Below are positions 39,301 to 51,845 of a stretch of DNA of 64,000 bases, in pieces (position 1 is the first letter of the stretch; the number at the start of each line of letters is the position of its first letter). The notes below the pieces were generated by a model. That model ran no database searches. It was not told the origin of the DNA and saw only the letters and a list, made by a program, of their open reading frames with translations. Position numbers and translations under genes: made by a program. This stretch comes from Styela clava (taxonomy: Eukaryota), in NCBI RefSeq assembly GCF_964204865.1, contig NC_135259.1:8990001-9054000 (forward strand). Reading direction: 5' to 3'.

Positions 39301-39522
39301 GCTTCAACGTAGCAGATTTTTCCTAATTATAATGAGACAGAAGCATTAACAAAGCCTGCTTCATGGTCTCAGCCTATGTACGACACCTCTCTATCAACTG
39401 GCGAAGTGCAGCCCAGCAATTCGCAGGAATATGAAAAATAGGTATGATTTTATTTGAAATGATAAAAACGATAAAATAACATTTCCCAAACTTTTGAATA
39501 TATAATTACAATGAAATTTATT

Positions 39523-41673
39523 CTAAGAAGTTCTAGCAGGCCAACGCCTTGAGTAATGCTTCTCCCGCCATCTGAGAACACATCTAAATCATAAAAAGAA
39601 AGCCATATGAGATGATAATTTTATAATATAATACTAAAGTTGTATTAATTTCAAGCATACATGTGAAATTACCTGCATCCTCTAATCAACCTTTTCGTCA
39701 TAACGAATATTTTTGAGTTTCTTCTTGCTTCGAAGCTATAAATAGCTTCAATAGGCTGAATTCGGTATTTTCTTAAAGAAAGAAATGATTGTGTTCGTGG
39801 GTTTTGACATCGGGTCATGCAGGTGGCATGCATAAAAACACTCGGAAATAAATTATCGCATTCAATCCTAAAAAAATATCGTAAGAAACGATTAAATGAA
39901 CATGTTTGAATACTATGTAAAATATTTTGTCTGTCCAAAGCAGAGTTTCCCAAGCTGGAGTCTTCGGACACCTGTAGCTTTGCGACAGTTGCGATATGAT
40001 AAGAGTCTGAATGATCTTCAATGATTGATTTCATAAAAAAGCCATTGCATCTTTTTAGTTGAGGGTTGCGGAAAAATATCACCGGCTATTAGAAAAGGAA
40101 ATTAATTTTTTTTGCCTTTTGCAACGACCTACATGTGTAAGGCAGCATTTTCAGCTCTTACCAATTTGATGACAAAATACTGGACGAGACTTGATGTAGA
40201 GTCGGAGTTTGCTTGTCACAAATTGCGCCAGGAATTGATAAATTGTGCAGTGAAAAGCAAGCGTATCCGTCACATAAATGCCGTTTGCATTGTTTTGTTG
40301 TGAATGAAACATTATCCTTCCTCGTCGGTCAGGCACAAGAATTAATACGACATATAATGGGGAACCGCCATAGATAAGATTCACAAACAGGGGTCCGCGC
40401 CTAGAAAGTTTGGGAAACCCTGGTCTAAAGAATGTCCGTTTGTTTACTTACATAAATACACGAAAAATACATAGAAAATGTATCTTTATGAAACTATATA
40501 CTGGAATGCGACTGATTGGCTCTGAAATTGATATGATAACCATATACTCACCATTTTAAGTTAAATGGAGCGAGACCATTATTTATCATTTCGTTGCTAA
40601 TGATTCTGCAGTTGAACTGTTTTGCGAATTCTGACCTAAATAAATAAAATACTGAAATTGAAAGATAAAAAAAAATATCATGCAGATAATCAACAATAGC
40701 AAGTAGTGATAAACGAACTCTGACAATCTCAGATACTCACTCAGGATCGTAAGCATTCGCATTTGACTTCAGATGGTTAAACGTCATATACAAAATCAAT
40801 ACCAAAACCTGGTAATAAAAAAATGTTTAAATATTACAAATTGTTGATCATATTACCACTGGTTTCTTAACTATTTGGGATATTTTAGAATGTACTCTCA
40901 GTTCATGAATTTCCTTCCAATACCTACTTTTATCTACAAATCAATATAGAATGCTGATAGTTCGTCAACAAACATTTGATGAAATTTAACTCCCATATTA
41001 GTTGCACAAAGCACGAAAGAGTTGCTTCATAAACAAATAGTAAAACCTCTTGCTCATCTGTATCAGCATGATATTACACTTATTGTTACAAAGTTTATAA
41101 AGTAAATTTAGTAGAACGATTACACCAGTGTTTTTAAGTACAAATATACATAATATTATAGTATGTAATTAAGCACTTTGCAATAGTATTGGGTCCAACT
41201 CTGTTGGCCTCGAATACTATAAATTCTAGATTACATGTCCATGACATCAGTCGGAATGCACTACAACAGATAGGCGTGTGCATAATATCTGCAAAAATGT
41301 CGGCGCTTCAGAAGTATGTGTACCAATATGGAGGTAACTAATTTTGTTCGCCTACTTTAGATCAAGTTATGTAGAGGGACTGAAGCCTATGGGCGGGGGC
41401 TATATTCCCTTGGCTTACACAGACATGTCCCAAACTCGTGATAGAACTAAAATAAAGAAAATCGGAATAAAATTATGGCCTAACCCTAAACTGGTACACA
41501 TACTACGGGTGTGCCAAAATGCCATTGTACACCCCATTACTATATTTCTTATTGTTTGGTTCCTCGACAGGCAATTGATTTAGCTTTTCAATTAATAATA
41601 ACCTAATTTGATGCATTTTGTCTAAACAAATCTACAATCCTTAGAGTATTACCTTATGTTCCCCGCATGCCAT
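39523..41673 (-). CDS. IL-17-like secreted cystine-knot protein, cluster gene 9 (minus strand)
   Basis: Exons 41673-41653 (least certain), 40808-40741, 40635-40552, 39867-39673, 39583-39523. Protein: MACGEHKVLVLILYMTFNHLKSNANA-YDPESEFAKQFNCRIISNEMINNGLAPFNLKWIECDNLFPSVFMHATCMTRCQNPRTQSFLSLRKYRIQPIEAIYSFEARRNSKIFVMTKRLIRGCRCVLRWREKHYSRRWPARTS. Confidence 0.83.
39941..40422 (+). mobile_element. Internally deleted hAT (Charlie/Buster) transposon in intron 3 of gene 9
   Basis: TIRs CAGAGTTTCCCAA / TTGGGAAACCCTG; 8-bp TSD GTCCAAAG / GTCTAAAG. The internal remnant 40112-40210 reads LPFATTYMCKAAFSAL..TKY..RLDVE, the hAT C-terminal dimerization motif. Confidence 0.88.
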
Positions 41674-43520
41674 CAAAAGCGTATATGTCTAAAACTGCTA
41701 CACTTCCAAATATGAAATTCATTAATCAGAAACGTTCTGTAACCAAATCACATGTACTACAACAGAATCATTTTGATTCATTATGTTTCATGAAACTGTC
41801 GGTTCTTTCCAACCTAAAAATATTATTATTTGGTTGAAACTGAAATATTTTTCGAGGGACCCTCAGGTTATGGAAACCATATAATGAGTTTGTGAACTAG
41901 GCATACCTCATTCTGAGGAATTACTAGAATGGTTCAACCTACGCGGCTAGGCTGTCTGTTTTCCAATCTTCTAATATGTTAAATGTAGACAAGTAGGTTG
42001 ATGCCGCCGGCGCGCAAAATTCTATGTTGTAAGACTTAATGGTGAAGACATGACGCCCTAATCAAAACATTGCTTTTCTCCCACAACAAATATCCCAATG
42101 CTGGTAAATACTATTCAAATATGTAATTCTTACCCATGAAGCATAAAGCTTTCGCCAATTACTCAAATAAGAAATTACACCAAACACATTACTTCGAAGA
42201 GAGAAGAGATTGATGGGAAAATAGTAATAACAGGTTACAGTAATTGCTAATTTCTTAGGGCACACGATACTAAATCTCAAACACTCAACATGAAAAGCGT
42301 AAAGGACTTGAAATGTAAATTTTAAATTGCGTTGGTATGTAGACTAAAAAGTCACAATAAATATATATACAAGATTTGAAAATAATAATAGGTAAAAGCA
42401 ATCGACCACAACTTAAAAATTGCGGATATAAGAAAGACGTTATAGTTGTGGTATCCCTTCTAGATTGAACTTGATAATTGATTATAAATAAACTTTTAGG
42501 TCGATTACAAGTTTAATATACAATTATTGGTTTGGTTATATTCAACGAGAAGTTCGAGAATAATTTAAAAACAATTTTTCTCTACCTTAGTTTTTTCTTT
42601 TTTAATTTCTATTTGGACCAAAGCAAAAAGCAAGCTAGACAAACGCCACTATAATAGATGTCCTTTACCAATCCTTCTGAAAATGTTCAACATCAGATAT
42701 TTGACTGTCGAAATTCAATACTTGGAAACTACGGAGGGTGATGGCAATTGATCTTATGCGTAGTAATATTAGAACGTAGCCACCCTTATGAACACACACA
42801 CAAAAAACAATTGCTTTTACTTTGTGCACTCAGGATGAAGCACCATGAAGAGTAGCAATTTGAAATGGGTGTCTGTTGGTGACATTGTAGGTTTCAGATT
42901 TTGCGTTCGAGTGCCGGTGATACCCATTATCTATAATACGGTGTAAAATATTACAATGACTGTGCATACGCGAATCTTGATTTACTTGGAATAGTTTGAT
43001 TTTCCAACATAAATTCTCAAACGCACAAAAAAGACACAACTTGGGAAACTTTCAAAATAATAGATCTCTGATGTTGAGCGAAATAATTTTTTCTTTTTCT
43101 TAGTGACATCAAACAATCAAATTCACGACAATTATATTCAATATCCACCACAAGACATGGTTATTTCTTCGATAATTTTGAAACTGTGGAAGTAAAGTTA
43201 TTTCTACTTGAATTTAGATTAGATATTTAGTACACTGAACAGAGTCAATTTGTATTATAAAATTTATTAAATTTTGAAAAATCCTTTACTTCCCGACTGA
43301 ATACAAAATTGAATTCTAATCCACCGAGCGCATTTTTGTGAATGGTATATTCGTAAAACGTCTATTTGGTTTAAGTGAGCGAAAAAATCTCAAGTTGACT
43401 CGGAGGTTAAATTGTGGTTGTGACTTACGGGTCAAAGCTTATCAAACTAATATACTGTTCTGGTTACACACATTGACGTTACGATTGATACCGCGCTACC
43501 TTAGATCAGCTGTTGAGCGA

Positions 43521-43581
43521 TTTCGTCATCAATTCTCTCGAAATATATCGCTCGTAATTCAATCGATTGCGGGGAATCACC
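43521..43581 (+). promoter_or_regulatory. Putative module between the divergent genes 9 and 10
   Basis: TTTCGTCA 43521-43528, TTCTCTCGAA 43533-43542, GGGGAATCACC 43571-43581 (identical to the gene 1 site). Confidence 0.45.
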
Positions 43582-46500
43582 TGGTAGAGTTCTATTTCAT
43601 TCAAACAGATATAGACCTCACAGGTGTTACTTTTCCGTGGTTCAAGCTTGTCAAGTTATAATTTATTTGAAATGACTTTTCGAATTTATTTAACACTAAA
43701 TGGCAGACTATCAATTATCTCTTATGCTAAATTTCGCAACACGTAATCCACGTGATATTGGATTCAATCGTGCGACGTATTTTATTTGTTAATGCACCAC
43801 CCAGACAAATATAGTTTATTTCGTCACGAAAAAACAATAAAAATATGTCGAATGTGATTAAATTAAAATATCGTTTTACAATTGGGAGGATATATTTAAC
43901 AAAAGAGAAGAATATTACAAATCTGATGCAAACTTCAATTCATTCTCTCCGAGATATATATATATATAATAAGGTTTTTTTTATTTTAAATTTTTTTAGA
44001 TGTTCTACAATGTTAGCTCAGTAAATGGAAATATCATTATGTACATTTTTGAAAATCGGCTAGTTAAAATACCATGTGATAATATACCCGTGGTTTTATA
44101 CATTTTATATAAAAATTTGAAACGAGTTTCAGTATCTCCAATAAAAAGCTTTCCTATCAACTCTGCCAGATCTGCCTTTATTATAACAAATTTTCGGTTT
44201 TGAAAGGAAATAACTGGCATATTGTAATGAATCGACAAAATAATTTTAAAAAGATCGGATATTCTAACAGCGCTACACGCAAGAAGGTTTGGGAGATATT
44301 GACGAGCGAAGAAACAAGCATATATGTGACCAGAATTAATAGTTCAATTTATGATTACTTTGAGAACGAACTGAACAATCAACCAGAAGTGTATCGACGG
44401 CTATTCACGGTTAGCTGTAAGGATATCACACTGTCTTATTTGCCCAGTGTAACTATGACCCAGTTTCAACCCTGTAACGTTTAGTTATTGTCTGTTTGCG
44501 TTCTCTTCACGCAAGAGGAAATAACCAAACGTCGAACACGCACGCGGTTATTGTTCAAATAGCTCTCGCATCGATGGTTCACAATGTGGGGTAAATAGAT
44601 TACGATAACAAAGTACACGCCTACCATTGGAAATTCCGCCCATCGCAAAATCTTCAATAGGTGCAGCGCATAAAAAATTTTACATTTCGAAGTGGGACTT
44701 AATTTGCTTTATTATTTTTGGGTATGCATCGAAGTGATATATTTATATTTGTACACCCACACATAAGAGTTTGTTTGTATTGATTCTTTAATACACGTGG
44801 GACTAAATTAGGAAAGTTAATGTTTCATACAAGGGTAATTCTTATATATTCGGATAATCCATTTCAAACTGAATACCCATTTTTAAGCTGGCATACTCAG
44901 ACCCTTTAAGTGTAATTTTGAACCGAACATATAACTGCACCCTCAAACCCGGCACATAACGACTTCAATATTTGAATTGCTAATAACAAAACGATACATA
45001 TGTACATTTCGTGTCAAAATTAGCTTTTTGCTGTGGTCCAATATTCAAAGACAAGGTCCCGTCCAAGCAACTCATGACTTTTCCTCTTGCGCTACTTACT
45101 ATACATGTCAAAATTAACGTGTTCAATTTAGAAAAATTTAATTCTTTTTGCGGGATGGACAGAATACTTTACCACAAGGGAAATATTTATCAGCAACAGT
45201 TTTTTATTTATAATACCAAGATCAAACATAATAAAATAACACGAAACAGTCACATTTTTGCTAGATAATTCAAATTTAGAAAGTTATTTAATTTTTTTTT
45301 CATAATAAAACTGCCCCAAGCAAGAATATATGACAATATATTGTTCTATAGTGTCTTTAAACAGAGAACCATATTTCAGACAAGGGTATTGTATTCAATT
45401 TCTGATCAGATATTAACGATTGTTACACTCCACACTTAATGGTAATCGTTATGTTGATTCAATATTGAATTACAAAATATTTTTATGGCTACGTATATCA
45501 CTCATAATGTAAATATACCTATAAATAATTATCATTTCAGCGCATCACGTGGCTTGAAATCCCGCCGGTAGATATATCTACATTCTACTTTTTAATCACG
45601 GTACTTTTGTATTTGCTTTACCGGACGTACGCAACATATTGAATGGAGTAGTTTTTTTGAGTATAATATGGAGTTCTGCGTTCATGATTTACAACTGATC
45701 ACACCTAACACATTGCTTTAGTGTTAGAGGAAGCCAAAGAATGCCATTTATGGATGTGATATGATTACATTTAATACACTATCATAATTTTCCCGGCATC
45801 GGAACTTATGATGTAATTTTTTGACGAATATTGAGATAATATTAGTGAGTTTGCAATATTTATGCAAATAAAATGTGAAAATATTATCATTTTTATGGTC
45901 TTTGGTTTAAATATGTTGAGAAATTGTATGTATAATGAAGAATGTTTAACATGGAAGGGGAACGAAATTAGTTTTATAGGTCAGAAAAATATGCAATATA
46001 ACGTGTGCGAAGAATGAAATTTGGATTTAATATGAACGTACACATGTAGTCTTTTTATTCATATTACAAAAAAATATAATAAGCTGACATGCAATTGGGA
46101 AAAGTTATTTACTTAAACCAAATATTGTAATTTATAGAAACTGTACCGATCATATATGATTTTAATTTCACGTAAAGATTTTTTGCCAATTATGAAACAT
46201 TTGCACAGCGTTGAAGAACGTACGCTACAAAAATAAATCAGCTAATTGTGAAAGTCTGTTTGTCAGATGTATGGACGCTGCGAGTTGCAGATGGGTAATA
46301 TCCCGATAAAAAAAGTGAGCGCAATCATTGGCGATAGTTTCATGTTTCATCAGCAACTATATGGTACATAAAGGTGTAGATAAATTTAGAAACCGACATA
46401 GTCAACAGCCCGATCACGGTGAAATGTGACGTGAACCCGTGTGGTTAATCAAGACAGACATGTCCCAATTTGAGATAAAATATTTTTCCACGTGTTGTCG

Positions 46501-47164
46501 GGAGTAACGCTGAACGCCTCCATCACTTGACATATTTGTTGGTGAGTGACGTCATCAACGCCCACTAGTACACCATTCTGCATTATTTTTGAAATTTTTT
46601 TTTTTTTTATTTATTACCAAAACATTTGAGAAAGTTTGTAGCCAATCACATGTAGAAGCAATGTTAAATAGATGGAATTTCCTATATTGTGTACTCTCAA
46701 GATATGTTGATCTAAAAGTAGTAAAACTAGGATATGAATGTATATATCAAAAATTATAGGACTGGCGGAACCTTTATGTTTGTGAATTTATCAAGTATGA
46801 ATACGTTAATTGAATTGCGTAAAATATCTGAAATACTCCTATCCATCCTATTTAAAAATCATTATAAACAATATTTAATAAACTAATGCGCATAATAATT
46901 GTATTTTGATGTGACTGCGATACATTCAAAGTAGACTTGGCCAAAATTCGCATTAACGTAGTAAATTTGATTAGTATTCGTCAGCCATCACGACAATGAA
47001 ACGAATAATTTCTGATTAGTATCACATAGTACGAGATATCACTTGGTCCACGTTAAAAAGATCATATTCAAAGTTTTTCACAGTGCGCCCATGCACGACG
47101 AAGAACACATTGTATTATTTATCTCATGTCGCGATATAAAATGACGATTGACTCTAGGAATACA

Positions 47165-47444
47165 AACGAGAGAACTACACACAAACCTCTCGCGTTACGC
47201 AAAGCTACGTCGTCTCAAAGCCGTGCGTGTTTCCTTTTTTTGCAAACTGAAATTCCCAATCTTGAGAACATAGTTAGCTCACTTTATTTCCAACGTGAAC
47301 AACTGCGACGGGGCCTCGGCCCGCGGCGGAGGAGGCGTGGGTGTGGGTTTTGGAAAGCAAAGAAGGGAATCCCCGTCAGGGATCTGGCTGATATTTAATT
47401 CACAATATGAACATGTTTCTTACAGCATTCCAGAGGGTATAAAA
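47165..47444 (+). promoter_or_regulatory. Gene 10 promoter: AACGAGAGAA, C/EBP site, consensus NF-kB site, TATA box
   Basis: AACGAGAGAA 47165-47174, TTACGCAA 47195-47202, GGGAATCCCC 47365-47374, TATAAAA 47438-47444. Confidence 0.6.
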
Positions 47445-47569
47445 GTTACCAATCATGGAATACATTCATTTAATCCAGCATTTGGTTGAAACTAAGCAGA
47501 GACTTTTAGTGTCAGTGAATTTTTTGAAATTTTATTGCAGTTCAAGTTTTATCTGCAAAAGCAACAGCG

Positions 47570-49177
47570 ATGAAGAAGGTATTTGCATTAACGATAAAAT
47601 TCAACTATTATCAGAAGTCAAAATTCAAAGTACTAACGTATTACTTGCTTTTAAGTCTACGGTAGACGAGTTAATGTTTGAATTTATAACCTCCCAGTCG
47701 TAGGCAATTACCATAGATGCGCATTATTCGTACTATTAATTCAGTAATCTTAATTCATCTTTTTTGAATTCAGGTTTGTTGGTTTTCGTTTGGAGTTATT
47801 TTACTTGTTGTAGTAAGTGGTCCTGTAGAAGCTGCAAAGATGAGAAAAGGACTAACTTGTTTGTCGTGAGTATATTTCATGCAATAATTTTAAATCAAAA
47901 CTTTAATTAAAGTATAAAGCAGATATTTATATATATATATATACATTGTAAATTTGGAAAAATAACTAACCCCGTTCATGAATATTGTTTTTGTACATGA
48001 CCGAATAACAAAATTTAGCGATTGTTAAAACGATCTAAAATACCTATGCTTCAGACTGCAGCAAAAAATAGGTCAAATTGCAAAAGTTACGTTGAACTAT
48101 TCCAATTTTGGAATACATTATCTTTTTTTATTATATAATAGAAAATATATCCGATGCTCAAACACGTAGCACTTTGGAAAACAATGATAATAAACATATT
48201 AATATTATTTTATTTTTATAGGAAAAGATTTATTAGAAAATACTGCACCTCAACTGATGAAGAAATCGAGAGAGATGAAAAGGGATTTGTACCTCATGAA
48301 ATTAGAAAGTAAGTAATGTAGCCTACTTAATTTTAGTAAAATTGAAGTACTTGACACTAATAATTGATTCGCAAATGGCAAAGCATCCAACGGAAAACTT
48401 CGAGATCTTTAATCAGTATAGATATAAATAAATTTTATATTTCAAGATTTAAATTTTTATTTAATCGTTCAAATACAGGTACGATTGCCGTAACTTGAAT
48501 GTCACACAAATAATTGACAAACCATGCGATAAAAAATGTCGAGACCCTGTGACAAAAAAGAAGAAGCCTGGTAAATTATACAAGGTTGAAAGAATTTGTT
48601 ATTACAGAGAGTATGAAAACAGAGACGGAAAAATTGAAAAAATAAAATTGACTGCTGGATGCAGGTGAGATAATATTTTTCAAAACCTCAAAGTCAAATC
48701 TTCAGAAGACAAAATCTAAGGATTTCATAAAATGCGCGAAGTGTCCAATTGAAAGTTCTGTGCCTCATGTTAGATACTTTGACACAGATACTTGTATAAC
48801 TATTTGTTTGCATTTTACTGTCAACCGGGTGCATGGCACATATAGATAAAACTAGGCACAAAGTAGTTTCTGATAGAATAATACACGCGTTCTATAAAAT
48901 AATAGTTTCTGCAAATAAATTATGCGAATAAAACTATGTTCCCTTGACAAGCTCGTAAAATTTCGTTTTTCGGGCCGAATTTTTCATCAACGAATTTCAA
49001 GAGATACTGCTCTAATACTAAATTTGTACAAAATTATTAAATAATAAGGTTGTTAACATAATTATTTTTATAAGGTGAAAATTGAACACGCTTTTACGCA
49101 ACGTCGAAATTGTCGAAACAAATATTACAAACACTTTTTATTTCTACAGATGCGTCAAGAGACGACAAAAATCATGA
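47570..49177 (+). CDS. IL-17-like secreted cystine-knot protein, cluster gene 10 (most divergent copy, two extra Cys)
   Basis: Exons 47570-47578, 47774-47865, 48222-48308, 48479-48664, 49150-49177. Protein: MKKVCWFSFGVILLVVVSGPVEA-AKMRKGLTCLSKRFIRKYCTSTDEEIERDEKGFVPHEIRKYDCRNLNVTQIIDKPCDKKCRDPVTKKKKPGKLYKVERICYYREYENRDGKIEKIKLTAGCRCVKRRQKS. Same intron phases as the other copies; TATAAAA at 47438. Confidence 0.82.
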
Positions 49178-51199
49178 TAGCGCGGAACACGAATAGCAAT
49201 TCAAATCGAGTGGAATAAAATTAAAAGACAATGTATTTATTCTATCCTCTTCTTCACCAACACATTTCATGAAAATTCTCTGAATTAGCTAATCGTACTG
49301 GTTAATGAACAATTGACAACTCTCAAATCAACATTTCTTCAATGTCTAAAAAATTTATTCATATTTATTTATTTATACTTATTTATTGTTGTCGATTATT
49401 GCTTGTATTTATTGTTCGCTAAACATAAAGTGGTATCTCTAATTTGATTATTTTTTAATTTGGTACTTTCCTACATTCGCATTTATAATTAATGTCCCAG
49501 AGCAAAATACAAAAGTCACTGAAAAGCAGTATTGTGGTTCCCTTGGATACGTAAAGTTAATTTGAATCCTTGCAACCCCGTACGATAACAAAATAATGTC
49601 GATAACGTTGAAAGCACTAAATGGCGACTTCTGTGCGCAAAAGTGGACAACTCACCGTGTCTAAACTTGAAAACATTGACGGTTGATTAATTGACTAACA
49701 CCGTTATATATGAAGAATGTATCTCTAGAGACATATCATATACCTCTATCAGAAACAGTTTTGAATGTTGTTGAGTTCTCGTGAAAACATATTAAACCGT
49801 ATTGACTGTAACTTTTCGCTTTCCTGATCATTTATATTTTTTTGTACAATTTTGGTGCAAAACAGATTATATAGCAAAATTGACTAGTACTTTTATACAT
49901 GCTTTCAGATGTATTATCCATTTTTATGCTTTGGAAACGTACATAACACTTTTTTATTATATACATTATTTTTTTTTATCATAGTATTGTTTCAAATTTT
50001 TAATTGATATGACCTGTGAATTTTTTTATTTAAATTGAAATACATTCACGCTGCTTTAAATCTATACCATTGGAAATATGGTCAAGATTATTTGAACAGT
50101 GCAAACATCGGTCCGATTCAACTCATTACATACGATGGTTGTGTTTACTTTACCTTGACCCAACTTCGTGGAAGACGACTGTCCTTATGTCATCGTCTAG
50201 CGGTCTGAATCGGGCATGCAAGAGAATTATTAGATCGGGCATGGAAAACAGTAATATATTATAGAAAGAATTCGAGTATCGAAAGTTCACTCTCCGGCGT
50301 CTTCGCTTAGCTATTTGCATCTCAGTGTAGTATTTTCGAGGTTAATTTTGGAATTTTTTTAAACAGAAATGGCTCTGCTGAGCTTGACAAGCCATTACAT
50401 TCACTGCAAAAATTTACATTTTCCAAATTTTGTCTTCTGATGAGCCCTTTCCCCCAATATTTTGAAAACGCTCTGAGGGCAGGATAGTTGTTGTACAAAA
50501 TTTACCGTACGCTATACATTTTTTTGGCACTTTAAAAACTAAAACAGTTTGTTATAACTTCTTGAAACGCAGTGTTCTTGAACTACGGGAACCGTTTTCG
50601 AACTAACTAAAGCTCAAAAGCGGGCGTAGCGTCAACGCTATCGGTAAGATACGGCGTTACAAACAGTCAAAAGTTGCCAGAGGCCTACTGAGAATCGATC
50701 TCTGACCACAAAAGGGGTCAAGGTCGCAGTTTTATTAACGACAGTCTAAGGCTCTCGCATGATCACAAAAATGAGTTTCCTGCAAAAAAGTCTTCTTGAC
50801 CTTTGATGCACAAATTGCCTTGAAAACCTGAATCTTAGTCGCGCAAGAAAACAACACGGAATTTGAAACATTCCCTCGCTTACCTTCACAATAAATATCC
50901 GAGCCATAGGCGTAGCCAGTACTATCTGATTTTTTGTATTAAATAGGTTGAGGAAAAATGGATGTAAATACTTGCCAAGCGCTACATATTTGCAATAAAT
51001 CCATTTAAACGCCACAAATATCGATAAAGGCTCATGCACACTTTCTCAAGCTGTAGTTCAGTGGTGGGCGCAGTAAGACGCAATCGATAAGCCATTACGT
51101 GAACGACCCTGCGACGAAACCACCTTGCAAAAATTGAAATGCGATCAAATGAATGAGTTTGTATAATCTTGAAAAACTCTATCACTTCAAGCTTTAAAA

Positions 51200-51613
51200 C
51201 TGAGGTCGACAAACTTGTGTCGTTCGCGGGCCAAAATTAAAGTCATTTGCGGGCCGCACATATTTTTAGAAAGTTTGAAACCGAGGGAATGGCTAATGAA
51301 TCACATATTTTCACACAGATTTCAGTTAAATTTCAAGCAGCGTGCAAAGACTGAGTGTTTTCTGCGCCATTAAACCATTTGCACTTAGCATCAACTTTTT
51401 ACGTTTTGTTGCCATTTGTCTAATTATAATCAATTCATAGGCTCATTAAACGAGTGATTGTGAATTATATACTTGTCAGGTTATAATATAATTTAGTGTC
51501 TCTAAACAAATTCTGTTACGTAAAGAATATAATCGTCAAAACAGCTGTTAATATAATTCAGTGAAGCGTCGCGGACCGGATCTGTCCCGCGGGTCGTATT
51601 TTGCCGACCCCTG
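51200..51613 (+). mobile_element. hAT/Charlie-type MITE, complete
   Basis: TIRs CTGAGGTCGACAAA / TTTGCCGACCCCTG; perfect 8-bp TSD CTTTAAAA at 51192-51199 and 51614-51621; GGGCCG subterminal motifs. Confidence 0.88.
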
Positions 51614-51744
51614 CTTTAAAACAAGGTATGCTAGGCATAACCGGACAGTATTCACGTAATGCCTTCATTTTATGAGAAAAATGTCAATACATGAACTCGA
51701 AATCTATATTTTGGCGTCATAACAAATTGGTTGTGGCGTCTCTG

Positions 51745-51845
51745 CAACCAATGACATTAAACAACATGATAGGCAACTCTGACGTCACTCCATAAGACTA
51801 CAGGCAAAACATTGTATTTCATGATACGCTCCAATGCACATATTT
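51745..51845 (-). repeat. Dispersed repeat; inverted copy of 55385-55475
   Basis: TATGTGCATTGGAGCGT...GAGTTGC..ATCATGTTGTTTAATGTCATTG is shared between the two sites. Confidence 0.65.

Noticed and set aside
44000-44484. Adjacent ORFs after an acceptor-like site, considered as an eleventh cluster gene
   Set aside because: No FDP, GFAPY, CxDP or CxC motifs on either strand and no consistent exon chain.
47520-47570. Acceptor-like TTTTATTGCAG upstream of the gene 10 ATG (similar TTTCAG before the gene 7 ATG) as spliced-leader trans-splice sites
   Set aside because: It cannot be distinguished from a small 5' UTR intron or chance without 5' cDNA data.
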